From NCBI GenBank assembly GCA_026461395.1, contig JAPJNA010000046.1, forward strand, positions 1 to 62,744: a stretch of DNA of 62,744 nt, read 5' to 3'. The notes beneath the pieces are model-generated. The model ran no database searches and was not told where the DNA came from. It was given only the letters and a program-made list of their open reading frames with translations. The stretch comes from Chthoniobacterales bacterium (GTDB lineage Bacteria; Verrucomicrobiota; Verrucomicrobiia; Chthoniobacterales; UBA6821). The translations under genes were made by a program, and so were the position numbers. Below, piece by piece: positions 48,657 through 59,000 of this stretch; the stretch's first letter is position 1, and each line of letters starts with the position of its first letter.

Positions 48657-49862
48657 CTACCTTTGCAGAAGCTTGTCGTAAAGTCGCTCAGTTTTGCGGG
48701 CAATCGCATCCCACCCGAAAAGCTCCTCGGCGCGCTTCCTCCCAGCAGCCCCCATTCGCGAAGCAAGATTGGGATCGGCCATAAGTAGATTGATCTTGGA
48801 GGCAAGGTCTGAGGCAAAGGCTGCAGGATCAGTCGCCTCGAAGGGACTCTCTTTCATCTGCTCAAGGGGTATAAGGAAACCAGTCTCGCCATCGACGACT
48901 ACCTCCTTGATGCCACCGACAGCACTGGCGACGACAGGTGTGCCACAGGCCATGGCTTCGAGATTGATGATGCCGAACGGTTCGTAGATCGAAGGGCAGA
49001 CGAAAACAGAAGCGCTTGAGTAGAGAGCAATCGCTTCGGGTCGACTCACCATCTTCTCAATCCAGACAATCTCACCATGATGCTCCCGTGCTAAGGCAAT
49101 CGCCTGCTGCATCTCGGAGGCGATCTCGGGGGTGTCGGGCGCGCCTGCACAAAGCACCACCTGAAAACCGGGATCCAGATGACGGATTGCACGGACCAGA
49201 TGAATGATTCCCTTCTGACGTGTGATACGGCCAACAAAGAGGACATACGGGCGATCGGGATCAACACCAAGCGAGCGGAGCACTTCGGGATTTTTTGTCG
49301 AGCGATACTCGCTTAGGTCGATGCCATTATGAATCACGCTGAGGCGCTCTTCGCTGACATTGAAGAGGGAGAGAATATCCTTCTTGGTCTCTTCTGAGAC
49401 GGCAATCACAGCATCAGCCATCTCAAGAGCGGTCTTCTCAACCCAGAGACTGAAGTCATAACCACCTCCAAGCTGTTCGCGCTTCCAGGGGCGGAGAGGC
49501 TCGAGGGAGTGAACCGTAATGACGAGGGGAATGCCGTAGTTGAGCTTCGCCATAATACCGCCAAGGTGGGTGTACCAGGTATGGCAGTGGACAATGTCGG
49601 CGGTGATCCCGGCGCCGTTGAAATCGACACACCGACGTGAGGCACCCAGTGGGCTCTGAAGCGGCTTGGGGCAGGTCATCTCGGGAGTACCAAGGCCGAA
49701 TCCCTTGACCTCGATGGAGCCGATTTTCTCATCCTGATCGCCGAAGCAGCGGACCTCCACCTCCATGAGCTTGGCCAACTCACGGCTCAGATAATCGACA
49801 TGAACGCCCGCACCCCCGTAGATATGCGGAGGATATTCGTTGGTGAGAAGGAGTGTTTTCAT
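48657..49862 (-). CDS. glgA: Glycogen synthase, GlgA/GlgM (actinobacterial-type GT4)
   Basis: EYPPHIYGGAGVHV, HCHTWY, HSLEPLRPWK, CPSIYEPFGI. Confidence 0.88.
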   Translation of the reverse strand: MKTLLLTNEYPPHIYGGAGVHVDYLSRELAKLMEVEVRCFGDQDEKIGSIEVKGFGLGTPEMTCPKPLQSPLGASRRCVDFNGAGITADIVHCHTWYTHLGGIMAKLNYGIPLVITVHSLEPLRPWKREQLGGGYDFSLWVEKTALEMADAVIAVSEETKKDILSLFNVSEERLSVIHNGIDLSEYRSTKNPEVLRSLGVDPDRPYVLFVGRITRQKGIIHLVRAIRHLDPGFQVVLCAGAPDTPEIASEMQQAIALAREHHGEIVWIEKMVSRPEAIALYSSASVFVCPSIYEPFGIINLEAMACGTPVVASAVGGIKEVVVDGETGFLIPLEQMKESPFEATDPAAFASDLASKINLLMADPNLASRMGAAGRKRAEELFGWDAIARKTERLYDKLLQR

Positions 49863-50041
49863 GCGAGTGATTTTATCCCAGATTATGCAATAGAATCAGG
49901 GAAACATAGAAATCTTGTTCACCAATGCGGTGAAGGGACTCAAGACAGAAGAAGAGGTATAACTCTTCGGTCATCTCTACACTTGAAATTCTGATTCCTG
50001 TATTAGGTGCAGAGGTCCAACCCCTAATGCAATCTTTGGGT

Positions 50042-50512
50042 TTATAAAAACTTCACGGGCAGGAGATACTGCAGGATCCCCGATCCAAACTGGAGACGAG
50101 GTAGGTTCACCCCTAGAAGAGAGGCCTTGGCAACCTGAATAGACTCGCTCCGTTCCATCCCGATCAGCGAGGCACTCAGGGAACTTAAATCCGGTTCGTG
50201 CCCCACGATCATGACGGAATCAAGCTTTGCATAGGCTGATAGCTCGGCCAGGGCCACCTCGGGATTCATCCCGCAAGCGGCCCACGGAACTTCACTCAGA
50301 GGTGGTTTACCCAAAAGCTTTGCAACGATTTCCGCTGTTTCACGCGCACGAACGACGGGACTGGTGAGGATGATATCAGGTCTGAGGCACTGCTCTTTCA
50401 GGAAGCAACCAATCCGGCGCGCCTGCTTGAATCCTTTTTCCGTCAGACATCTGGAAAAGTCATCGAGACGATGAGGCTCAGCCTCGGCGTGTCGTATCAG
50501 ATGGAGAAGCAT
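50042..50512 (-). CDS. sixA: Phosphohistidine phosphatase SixA
   Basis: RHAEA, TSPVVRARETA, VGHEPD. Confidence 0.85.
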   Translation of the reverse strand: MLLHLIRHAEAEPHRLDDFSRCLTEKGFKQARRIGCFLKEQCLRPDIILTSPVVRARETAEIVAKLLGKPPLSEVPWAACGMNPEVALAELSAYAKLDSVMIVGHEPDLSSLSASLIGMERSESIQVAKASLLGVNLPRLQFGSGILQYLLPVKFL

Positions 50513-50523
50513 GAAGGGAAAGG

Positions 50524-50551
50524 GATGAAGGCTGAAGCCTGAGACCTGAAA
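50524..50551. repeat. Heptamer array (nnTGAAn family)
   Basis: GATGAAG GCTGAAG CCTGAGA CCTGAAA. Confidence 0.65.
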
Positions 50552-50578
50552 GGATTAATGGGCCTTTCGGCCTTACAA

Positions 50579-51337
50579 TCACATCGACATGCCGCCGTCT
50601 ACCGCAAGGACCTGACCGGTAATATATCCGGCTGCAGGACTGCAGAGGAAAGCGACTGTGGAGGCGATATCCTCGGGCTGGCCGAAACGGGAAAGAGGAA
50701 TCTGCGCTAGGGCTCCCTTGCGGATCTCCTCGTTCAGGACTGCTGTCATGTCGGTCTCGATAAATCCAGGGGCCACCACATTGACCGTGATACCACGGCT
50801 GGCGACTTCCTTCGCGAGAGCCTTAGTAAGGCCGATCATGCCGGCCTTGCTGGCGGCGTAATTGGTCTGACCCGCAAGGCCCATGAGACCACTGACGGAA
50901 CTGATGTTGATGATACGTCCGGAGCGCTGCTTGATCATGGTACGCAGAACGGAGCGAACAAAGTTGAAGGCTCCCTTGAGATTGGTATCAAGAACGGCAT
51001 CCCATTCCTCAGAGGACATGCGCATGAGGAGATTGTCCCGGGTGATTCCCGCATTATTTACCAGAATGTCAGCACGGCCAAAGTCGGCTACAATCTGCTC
51101 TCCTACCTTCTGGACGGCATCGAAATCGGCTACATCGACGGCATAGGCGCGTGCAGATCCCGGACGGATTGCTTCAAGGGCAGCCGCGACCTTGGAGGAG
51201 TTTTCCTCACTTCGGCTTACGACAGCCACCTTGGCACCCGCCTCGACAAAATAACGGGCAATGGATTCACCAATGCCGCGTCCGGCTCCGGTGACAATGG
51301 CAACTTGATCCTGCAGTGGGTTGTTGATGGTGCTCAT
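50579..51337 (-). CDS. fabG: 3-oxoacyl-ACP reductase
   Basis: TGAGRGIG, NNAGITRD, YAASK, APGFIETDMT. Confidence 0.92.
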   Translation of the reverse strand: MSTINNPLQDQVAIVTGAGRGIGESIARYFVEAGAKVAVVSRSEENSSKVAAALEAIRPGSARAYAVDVADFDAVQKVGEQIVADFGRADILVNNAGITRDNLLMRMSSEEWDAVLDTNLKGAFNFVRSVLRTMIKQRSGRIINISSVSGLMGLAGQTNYAASKAGMIGLTKALAKEVASRGITVNVVAPGFIETDMTAVLNEEIRKGALAQIPLSRFGQPEDIASTVAFLCSPAAGYITGQVLAVDGGMSM

Positions 51338-51424
51338 AAATTCGAAATGAAAGGTGATAAGCAAATCACTTTACCCGAGAAGGGTCCTGCAGGAAATCGC
51401 TTTTTCCCTATGCAGGCAGAAGAG

Positions 51425-52669
51425 TTACACATGGGTAGAAGTAGCCTCCCTGAGTTTCGGCATGTGCCTCGAGAGTACAAACTGAGCCGCTCCCATAAGT
51501 CCGAGGATACCACCCACCACGGCGAAAGCTCCGAAAGCTCCCAAGCCGGCTGAGAAGGCGGCGCCAACAATGGTCTTGATGACAACCGAAACCGCATTCA
51601 CACCGAACTGGGAAGCGGAGGTAACACCGCCAGCATGTTCAAGCGGAGTAAGTTCCTGACGTTTTTTGGTCAGAGTCAAGCGGGCGCAGACATTGAACAA
51701 GGCAAAAAGGAACACCGCCACCGTCATAACCCAGAGATTTTCAGGCAACCAACCGATGGCCAGGATGAACGTTCCGACAGCCCCCAGAGCGACCCACTTC
51801 CCTCCGGAGTTTTTATGCTTTGTGAATGCATAAATCAGTGCTCCAACAACACCTCCGAGGGCAAAGGCGGCGCCGATCTGCCCAACAGAAGCTGACTTAT
51901 GAAGGAGCCCCTTGGCAAAGAAAGCACTCAGGAGCTTGCGTAGCGGGTAGATATTGAACGACATCAGGCCGAGGCAAGTGATCAGGAGCGGTCGGCGGGT
52001 GAAGATATATTTTATTCCAGCCCAAGAACCCCCGTGGGAGTGATGGACCGCTCCTTTGCTCATACCTCCGGTTTTCTTAGGAATGAAGAAGTAGGCCACT
52101 GAGGAGAGGACAAAGCCGACCGGTATCAAGATATGAGGAACGATCTTCCCTCCCCACATCATCAACCCGCCAAGAATAAGCGGCCCAGCGACTCCACCGA
52201 TATCAAAGGTGAGTTCGTAGCGTGAATTGATCCTGTCGAGTTGCTCAGCACGATGCTGTGCAAGTTCAAGCGGAACCGTGTGAACTGATGTATCAACAAA
52301 GCCCCTGATCAAGGCCTCCAATGTGTAGCAACCCATCGCCCACCAGAGACTCAGAAAACCGCAGAGCATCGAAATGGGTACTCCAGCTAAAGCAACGGCC
52401 CTCAGGAAGGTGGCAACCACAAGCACACGTCGGGCTCCGAATTTCTCTGTAGGCCAGCCTCCGATATAAGTACCAAGCATGTGAATTCCGGTATCAAAAG
52501 CGGAGAAAAATGCCGCGCCGCCGAGTGAACCGGAAAGCTTCGCCAGCAGTAGAGGTTGTGCCAGATGCAGGGCGCTATCGACCAACTGGGTCAGGAAGAC
52601 ACCACCAAGAAACCCGCGCAAACGGATCGGGTACTGGGGTTCCTGATGAGTTGCCACGTTCAATTCCAT
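51425..52669 (-). CDS. MFS transporter
   Basis: About 12 TM segments; GWPTEKFGARR motif A-like; start taken at MELNV. Confidence 0.8.
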   Translation of the reverse strand: MELNVATHQEPQYPIRLRGFLGGVFLTQLVDSALHLAQPLLLAKLSGSLGGAAFFSAFDTGIHMLGTYIGGWPTEKFGARRVLVVATFLRAVALAGVPISMLCGFLSLWWAMGCYTLEALIRGFVDTSVHTVPLELAQHRAEQLDRINSRYELTFDIGGVAGPLILGGLMMWGGKIVPHILIPVGFVLSSVAYFFIPKKTGGMSKGAVHHSHGGSWAGIKYIFTRRPLLITCLGLMSFNIYPLRKLLSAFFAKGLLHKSASVGQIGAAFALGGVVGALIYAFTKHKNSGGKWVALGAVGTFILAIGWLPENLWVMTVAVFLFALFNVCARLTLTKKRQELTPLEHAGGVTSASQFGVNAVSVVIKTIVGAAFSAGLGAFGAFAVVGGILGLMGAAQFVLSRHMPKLREATSTHV

Positions 52670-53343
52670 GCGGCGTGCTTTTGATATTCCTGTGTAGCCG
52701 GGACACTGATGATTCGTCTCTCGGGCAGAATGAGTGCGGTGAGAGCACCTCCGTAGACACATCCAGTGTCGAGACCGATGGCATTCGGACGCATCATCGG
52801 ATCACGCTTGGCCCAGTGGCCAAAGACAATGAGCTGCTCCTTCTTGTAGTCCTCGTACCATGGGACATGCATCCCATCGGGAACTCGGATGGTTATGAGG
52901 TCGCGAGGCGACTGCTGGCGCAGTTCGGAGATACGGGGATCGAGCCCAGCATGGACGACCAAGAACCCCTCCCCCTCCAAATAGAGCGGCCATGAACGGA
53001 TGAAATCCATAGCCTCATTGTACGAATCGCCCAGCTGACTTAACATCTCCCAGTCAGAGGAACCCTTTGCCGGTTTATCCCCAGCAAGCCAGCGGGTAAG
53101 AAGCCGCTGCTCGTGATTCCCCATCACGCACCGCACATTCGGAGTCTCCATCGCCCAACGGAGAACGGAGGCGCTGTCGGGGCCTTTTCGGACCAAATCA
53201 CCGACCGCGATAATCTCGTCATCCTCAGTAGCGACGACGGCTTCGAGTAGACTCCGAAGTTCCTTTATACAGCCATGAATGTCACCGATCACGATTGTCC
53301 TGCGGACTCTTGGAGCGGAGGGAGTTGGCATGGGGGAGGTCAT
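52660..53343 (-). CDS. Metallophosphoesterase (ApaH/PrpE-like)
   Basis: GDIHG, GDLVRKG, GNHE, VHAG, FGHW, LDTGCVYGG. Confidence 0.9.
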   Translation of the reverse strand: MTSPMPTPSAPRVRRTIVIGDIHGCIKELRSLLEAVVATEDDEIIAVGDLVRKGPDSASVLRWAMETPNVRCVMGNHEQRLLTRWLAGDKPAKGSSDWEMLSQLGDSYNEAMDFIRSWPLYLEGEGFLVVHAGLDPRISELRQQSPRDLITIRVPDGMHVPWYEDYKKEQLIVFGHWAKRDPMMRPNAIGLDTGCVYGGALTALILPERRIISVPATQEYQKHAAWN

Positions 53344-53659
53344 GGTCGGAAGATCGGCCCGGAAGAGATATCGGTATGCCGTGCATAAGTCAAAGCGGCT
53401 GGAATGATGAATCCTGCAAGGAGACTCTTCGTATAAACTGGACGCGGAGAATGAAACTGGAGCACCGAAAACTCCGGTTGCCAGTAAAGTTACCATCGTT
53501 GCGAGAACGACTAAGAGGCAGAGGCAGAGGCAGAGGCCACCGGAGGAATGCAGATTGTCATGTAAGCAATCAATTCGCCCCCTCAGACCCTCTTTAATAT
53601 AATGCAACAAATCTTAGACTTATACTGGGTATTTCGTTGAGGTGTGCTAGTTTACGTTC

Positions 53660-55204
53660 ATGACACTTCACGTAAAAAAAGGCACCGACTGGAAATCCGT
53701 TTACGCTCAGGCTAGATCGTTAGCGCCAGAAGCCTTTGAGGCGGATCGCATCAACAACCTGATTATGGGTGAATGGGCTTCCGTTGGAACGTCCTCAACC
53801 CACGTGAATCCGGTAGACCAAATGCCGATTGAAGGTCCGCCTAAGATAGACCACCAAACCGCTCTCGATGCCGTAGCTGCGGCTGCCCGCCAGCACAAGG
53901 CCTGGGGTTTAGTGAATCTTGACGAGCGCAAGGCACGGGTGAATGCTGGATTGGTGGGACTTCGCGAGGCTCGCGACACAATTGCCCTGTTGCTGGCTTG
54001 GGAGATTGGGAAACCGTGGAAACTGGCGTGTGCCGACATCGACCGCTGTATCGACGGAGTGGATTGGTACCTGACCCAAATTGACCGTCAGCTTGAGGGT
54101 CGTTCACCACTACGTGGGCCGATTTCCAATATTGCGTCATGGAACTACCCCATGAGTGTTCTCGTTCACGCAGAATTGGTCCAAGCGCTGGCCGGAAACG
54201 CGGTCATCGCGAAAACACCCTCACAGGGAGGATTTCACTCACTCACTCTTGCCCACGCAATGATGGCCCGAGCTGGCTTGCCCGTGACTCTTGTGAGTGG
54301 CGTTGGTGCCGAGTTGAGCGACGCACTGGTCTCTTCGCCTGAGCTTGGTGCCTTTGCCTTTGTTGGCGGAAGGTCAAATGGCCGGGCCACACTCGAACGC
54401 CTTGCCGATTTCAACAAGCGTCACATCTTGGAACAAGAGGGTTTGAACGCTTGGGGGGTTTGGGATTTCAGCAAATGGGATAACCTCGCTCCCCTCATTC
54501 GCAAAGGCTTCGAGTATGCGAAACAACGATGCACCGCCTACCCTCGGTATGTCGTTCAGCGACGACTTTTCCCAGCTTTTCTCGAGATGTACATGCCTAT
54601 CGTGAAAGGGCTGAGGTTCGGCCACCCATTGGCGGTAGAGAATGACCATGACGAACTTCCAGACCTCGAGTTCGGTCCAGTGATTCACAAGACCAAGGCG
54701 GACCAGCTGCGCGCTCAGTTCAATGAGGCTATCAACACGGGAGGAATCCCTCTCTATAATGGAAACCTCGACCACGGTCGATTTATACCGGGGCAAGACA
54801 CTTCAGCCTATGTCGCGCCTGCCACAGTCCTCGAACCACCTCGGGCGTGGTCGCTGCACCACTCAGAACCGTTCGGCCCAATCGATTCGATTGTTCTGGT
54901 GGATACCGAGGCTGAATTCATTGCCGCGATGAACGTGTCAAATGGAAATCTCGTTTCTTCCGTGGCTACCGATGACATGGTTTTCGCGAAGCGCGTGCGC
55001 GAAGAAATATCGGCCTTTAAATTTGGCGTCAACGTACCCAGGTCCCGGGGAGATCGTGACGAGGTGTTCGGAGGGCTTGGTGCGTCGTGGCGCGGCGCAT
55101 TCGTCGGCGGAGACTTGCTCGTGGATGCTATCACAGATGGCGAGAGGCCCATTTACGGAAACTTCAAGGGCGCATCTCGATTCCCCGAAGGACTCGACCT
55201 CTGA
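53660..55204 (+). CDS. Aldehyde dehydrogenase family protein
   Basis: SWNYP, EQEG, QRCTA, EPFGP. Confidence 0.88.
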   Translation: MTLHVKKGTDWKSVYAQARSLAPEAFEADRINNLIMGEWASVGTSSTHVNPVDQMPIEGPPKIDHQTALDAVAAAARQHKAWGLVNLDERKARVNAGLVGLREARDTIALLLAWEIGKPWKLACADIDRCIDGVDWYLTQIDRQLEGRSPLRGPISNIASWNYPMSVLVHAELVQALAGNAVIAKTPSQGGFHSLTLAHAMMARAGLPVTLVSGVGAELSDALVSSPELGAFAFVGGRSNGRATLERLADFNKRHILEQEGLNAWGVWDFSKWDNLAPLIRKGFEYAKQRCTAYPRYVVQRRLFPAFLEMYMPIVKGLRFGHPLAVENDHDELPDLEFGPVIHKTKADQLRAQFNEAINTGGIPLYNGNLDHGRFIPGQDTSAYVAPATVLEPPRAWSLHHSEPFGPIDSIVLVDTEAEFIAAMNVSNGNLVSSVATDDMVFAKRVREEISAFKFGVNVPRSRGDRDEVFGGLGASWRGAFVGGDLLVDAITDGERPIYGNFKGASRFPEGLDL

Positions 55205-55298
55205 GGATTTCGCTAGTTTGGTTGACCGATGGGAAGGTCCTCGGTCCCAAGAGCCTACATGAGCTCATTGAGAAAAACCTCCGAACTGGTCTTGGAGA

Positions 55299-56384
55299 TC
55301 AATCCTCCTTGAGTGAAGTAGCAATCCTCCGTCTGAGTTGTCCGCAAGCGGCGTCGATATCGTGTCCTTTCTCGCGGCGAATGGTAGCGGCAATTCCGCG
55401 GTTACGCAGGATAGAAAGGAACTCCTCCTGAACTGGCTCGGAGGGGCGTTTCCAAGGTAGACCCTCGACGGTGTTGTAGGGAATGAGGTTGATCTTGGCA
55501 CGGAGACCCCTCGCCCTCTCTGCAAGGAGCTTGGCCTCGGTGGGAGCGTCGTTTACCCCCTCGATCAGGATGTACTCAAAGGTGATCATCTGTTTCTTGC
55601 GTTCGCTGTAGTAGGCGCAGGCCTCCATCAACTCGGCGACGGGGTATTTCTGATTCACCGGCATGATTTCGCTGCGGACAGAATCGCTCGCCCCGTGCAA
55701 TGAGATGGCCAGTCTTATCTGGAGGGACTGATCCGCGAGTTCTCGGATTTGGGGAACAAGACCGCTGGTGGAGACGGTCATCTTGCGTGCACCCAAGCCC
55801 ACTCCCCAGGGAGCGTTCAGGATAGAGACAGCCTTGAGCCAGTTCTTATAATTGGCCATCGGTTCCCCCATTCCCATAAAAACCAGATTATTGATGCGCT
55901 CTCCGGATATCTTCTCCGCGAGCAAAACTTGGGCGACGATCTCGTCGGTACTCAGGTGACGCTTCCATCCGTCGAGCCCGCTGGCGCAGAACTTGCATCC
56001 GTAAGCGCATCCGACCTGTGACGAAACGCAGAGGGTTCGACGGTCGGATTCCTCTCCATAGAGTGCTGGCGAGGCAGGGATCAGAACGGTTTCGATGAGC
56101 TCCCCGTCGTGGAGACGCAGAAGGAATTTGCGCGTCGTATCCTCCGAACCACTAACTGTCACTACTCCGGGAATGCGGATGGGATGTTTTTCGGCAAGTG
56201 CCGAGCGCAGAACCGCAGGGAGATTCTTCATGGCCTCCCAGGACTCGACGCGCTTCTCCCTCTCATACGCCCACTCCATGATCTGCTTGGCCCGGTAGGC
56301 AGGCTGCTCCAGCGCGGTCAGGCTCTCCTCAAGATCCTCCAGTGTGAGGGCATGAAGCGGAATGGGTACAACAGGTTCGGGCAT
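55299..56384 (-). CDS. rlmN: 23S rRNA m2A2503/tRNA methyltransferase RlmN
   Basis: SSQVGCAYGCKFC, MGMGEP, ISLH, IDAACGQL. Confidence 0.95.
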   Translation of the reverse strand: MPEPVVPIPLHALTLEDLEESLTALEQPAYRAKQIMEWAYEREKRVESWEAMKNLPAVLRSALAEKHPIRIPGVVTVSGSEDTTRKFLLRLHDGELIETVLIPASPALYGEESDRRTLCVSSQVGCAYGCKFCASGLDGWKRHLSTDEIVAQVLLAEKISGERINNLVFMGMGEPMANYKNWLKAVSILNAPWGVGLGARKMTVSTSGLVPQIRELADQSLQIRLAISLHGASDSVRSEIMPVNQKYPVAELMEACAYYSERKKQMITFEYILIEGVNDAPTEAKLLAERARGLRAKINLIPYNTVEGLPWKRPSEPVQEEFLSILRNRGIAATIRREKGHDIDAACGQLRRRIATSLKED

Positions 56385-56544
56385 GATCGGGTTTTTTCGA
56401 AAAAGGCAGAACTAAAGTGTGAGAGAAATTCATTGCCCTGCAAGCAGGGATTGCTACTATTTTCTGCTCTTCTGCCGTCACTTAAAAGGAGTCGCGGTAG
56501 GAGGGATTGGCAACAATCTCTCCGTAGAAGTTATTCAATACATC

Positions 56545-58236
56545 ATGACAACAACAATCGCTGAACTTCAGCAACTCATCGCAGCCTCGGTTAAGAACTA
56601 CCGCGAAGGCAGCATCGTCAAGGGCCACATCCTCGAGAAGCGTCCCAAGGAATTCCTCATCGACATCGGCTACAAATCCGAGGGTGTCGTTTCCGCATCG
56701 GAGTTCGAAAATCCCGAGGAGATCCAGGTCGGTGACGAGGTCGAGGTGCTCCTCGAGCGTCTCGAAAACGACCTCGGCATGGTCATCCTCTCCCGCCTGA
56801 AAGCTTCCCAGCGTCAGAACTGGTCGAAGATCGTCAAACTCTTCGAGGCAGAGGGCATCATCAAGGGCCGCGTCAAATCAGTCGTCAAGGGCGGTCTCAT
56901 CGTCAATGTCGGCGTCGAGGCTTTCCTCCCCGCCTCCCAGGTGGACATCAATCCTCCCAAGGATCTCACCCAGTTTGTCGGCAACACCTACGACTTCAAG
57001 ATCGTCAAGCTTAACGAGGACCGCAAGAACGTCGTTCTCAGCCGTCGTGAACTGATCGAGGCTGAGCGCAGTGAGCGCCGCCAGCAATTCCTCGGCACCA
57101 TGAGCGCTGGAGACAAGGTCGAGGGTACCGTCAAGAACATCACGGACTTCGGGGCTTTCCTCGATCTCGATGGCATCGACGGACTCCTCCACATCACCGA
57201 TATGTCCTGGGCCCGTCTCACTCATCCGAGCGAGGCCGTCAAGCCCGGCGACCGCCTCACGGTTGTCGTCCTGGAAATCAACAAGGACAAGGAGCGCATC
57301 TCCCTTGGCCTCAAGCAGCTTCAGTCCAATCCTTGGGATCGTCTCGAAGAGCGCTTCCCGATCGGCCAGAAGATCAAGGGCAAGGTCACCAATCTCATGC
57401 CTTACGGCGCCTTCATTCAGATCGAAGAAGGCATCGAGGGACTCATTCACGTCTCGGAGCTCTCCTGGACCAAGCGTATCACCCGTCCTTCCGACGTCCT
57501 TACCCTTGGTCAGGACATCGAGGCCGTAGTGCTCGGAGTCAACAAGGAGGATCAGAAGATCTCCCTTGGCGTCCGTCAGCTCGAGCCGAATCCTTGGGAC
57601 GAGATCGAACAGCGTTATGTCATCGGCAAGCAGGTTCGCGGCCAGGTCCGCAACATGACCGCCTACGGCGCCTTCGTGGAGCTTGAGGAAGGTATCGACG
57701 GCATGGTGCACGTCTCCGATCTCAGCTGGAACAAGAAGATCAACCACCCGAGCGAAGTCCTCAAGAAGGGCGACGAGGTGGATGCAGTCGTCATCGACAT
57801 CGACAAGGCCAACCAGCGTATCAGCCTCGGCGTTAAGCAGCTCGAGGCCGATCCCTGGAAGGAGATCGAGGGTAAGTTCAAGGTTGGCGACGTCGTCAAG
57901 GGAACCGTCTCCAAGATCGCCAATTTCGGCGCCTTCATCGAGCTCCCCGGAGCCATCGACGGACTCGTTCACATCTCTCAGATCACCGAGGATCGTGTCG
58001 AGAAGGTCAAGGATGTCCTCAAAGTCGGCCAGGAAGTCGAGGCCCGCGTTATCAAGATCGACAAGACCGAGCGTCGTCTCGGCCTCTCGATCAAAGCAAC
58101 CGGTTACAGCGAGGAAGCACTCCGCAAGGAGAGCGAGGCCCTCGAGTCCGTAAAGAGCGGCGAGGATATGGTCAGCTTCGGTGCAGCCCTCATGGCAGCC
58201 GAGGAAGAGTATCGTCCCGGTCAAGGCAGCAAGTAA
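56545..58236 (+). CDS. rpsA: 30S ribosomal protein S1
   Basis: Six S1 repeats (DIGYKSEG, FGAFLDLDGIDGLLHITDMSW and others). Confidence 0.97.
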   Translation: MTTTIAELQQLIAASVKNYREGSIVKGHILEKRPKEFLIDIGYKSEGVVSASEFENPEEIQVGDEVEVLLERLENDLGMVILSRLKASQRQNWSKIVKLFEAEGIIKGRVKSVVKGGLIVNVGVEAFLPASQVDINPPKDLTQFVGNTYDFKIVKLNEDRKNVVLSRRELIEAERSERRQQFLGTMSAGDKVEGTVKNITDFGAFLDLDGIDGLLHITDMSWARLTHPSEAVKPGDRLTVVVLEINKDKERISLGLKQLQSNPWDRLEERFPIGQKIKGKVTNLMPYGAFIQIEEGIEGLIHVSELSWTKRITRPSDVLTLGQDIEAVVLGVNKEDQKISLGVRQLEPNPWDEIEQRYVIGKQVRGQVRNMTAYGAFVELEEGIDGMVHVSDLSWNKKINHPSEVLKKGDEVDAVVIDIDKANQRISLGVKQLEADPWKEIEGKFKVGDVVKGTVSKIANFGAFIELPGAIDGLVHISQITEDRVEKVKDVLKVGQEVEARVIKIDKTERRLGLSIKATGYSEEALRKESEALESVKSGEDMVSFGAALMAAEEEYRPGQGSK

Positions 58237-58254
58237 CCCTTCGCTAACCACACC

Positions 58255-58617
58255 ATGTCACAGCCAGAAATCACTGCCTACCTCAAGACCTCCTGCGGTT
58301 GGAGCAAGGGAGTACGTGCCATCATGGACAAGTATTCCCTTCCCTACACAGAGAAGGACATCATCCAGAATCCGGCCTTCCGGTTCGAGATGGAGCAGCG
58401 CAGCGGCCAGTCGCTCTCCCCCTGCGTGGAGATCAACGGGGTCATGCTGCCCGACATCAGTGGTGAGGAAGTCGAACGCTACATGCTCGAGAAGGGGCTT
58501 GTATCAGCTAACGAGGTGAAGACCGACGTGCCGCTGAATGCCGCCTGCTCGGATGCAGAACACGCTGCGATGGCTCAGGGCCAGGGCCTGGGCCAAGGAA
58601 TCAAGATGAACCTCTGA
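58255..58617 (+). CDS. Glutaredoxin-like protein
   Basis: CGWS site, SGQSLSPCVEING. Confidence 0.8.
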   Translation: MSQPEITAYLKTSCGWSKGVRAIMDKYSLPYTEKDIIQNPAFRFEMEQRSGQSLSPCVEINGVMLPDISGEEVERYMLEKGLVSANEVKTDVPLNAACSDAEHAAMAQGQGLGQGIKMNL

Positions 58618-58637
58618 GGTTTTCAATAACTCAACAA

Positions 58638-58673
58638 GAAGGCCGCACTCGGAAGGGTGCGGCCTTTTTCTTT
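58638..58673 (+). terminator. Intrinsic terminator after rpsA-grx
   Basis: GGCCGCACTC-GGAA-GGGTGCGGCC-TTTTTCTTT. Confidence 0.85.
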
Positions 58674-58691
58674 GGCAGAAACTGAAGGTTC

Positions 58692-58716
58692 TCGCGCAGA
58701 GGCGCAGAGGCGCGGA
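58692..58716. repeat. Solo CGCAGAGG-family arm
   Basis: TCGCGCAGAGGCGCAGAGGCGCGGA. Confidence 0.85.
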
Positions 58717-59000
58717 AATCGAGAAATTCATAGCTTCCTATTAACCCGAATGATGTGGGGCTGATCATTTCTAAACCTATCTAATGGATCTGTGAGGCTC
58801 ATAACCTTAGCACCTTAAGCGATCTATGCGACCTCCCTACCTCCGAGTGAGACTTCTCCTTCTATTTCCTTATGAAGATCTGTGAAACACTCGCGCCCCC
58901 TCGGATCATCTTTGAATCACAAAAGGGGAATGCGCATCAGAGCAATCTGGTCCCCTGTGCATTCTGTGCATCTTGTGGCCATGACTCAGATTAACCCGTT

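Noticed and set aside
56878-58251. 457-aa antisense ORF
   Set aside because: Shadow of the codon-biased rpsA gene; no protein motifs.
23991-58716. CRISPR interpretation of the repeats
   Set aside because: Copies are inverted and dispersed rather than direct repeats with regular spacers; no cas genes are present.
58741-58998. TTAACCCG 8-bp direct repeat as a target-site duplication
   Set aside because: No terminal inverted repeats lie directly inside it, and a match this short may be chance.
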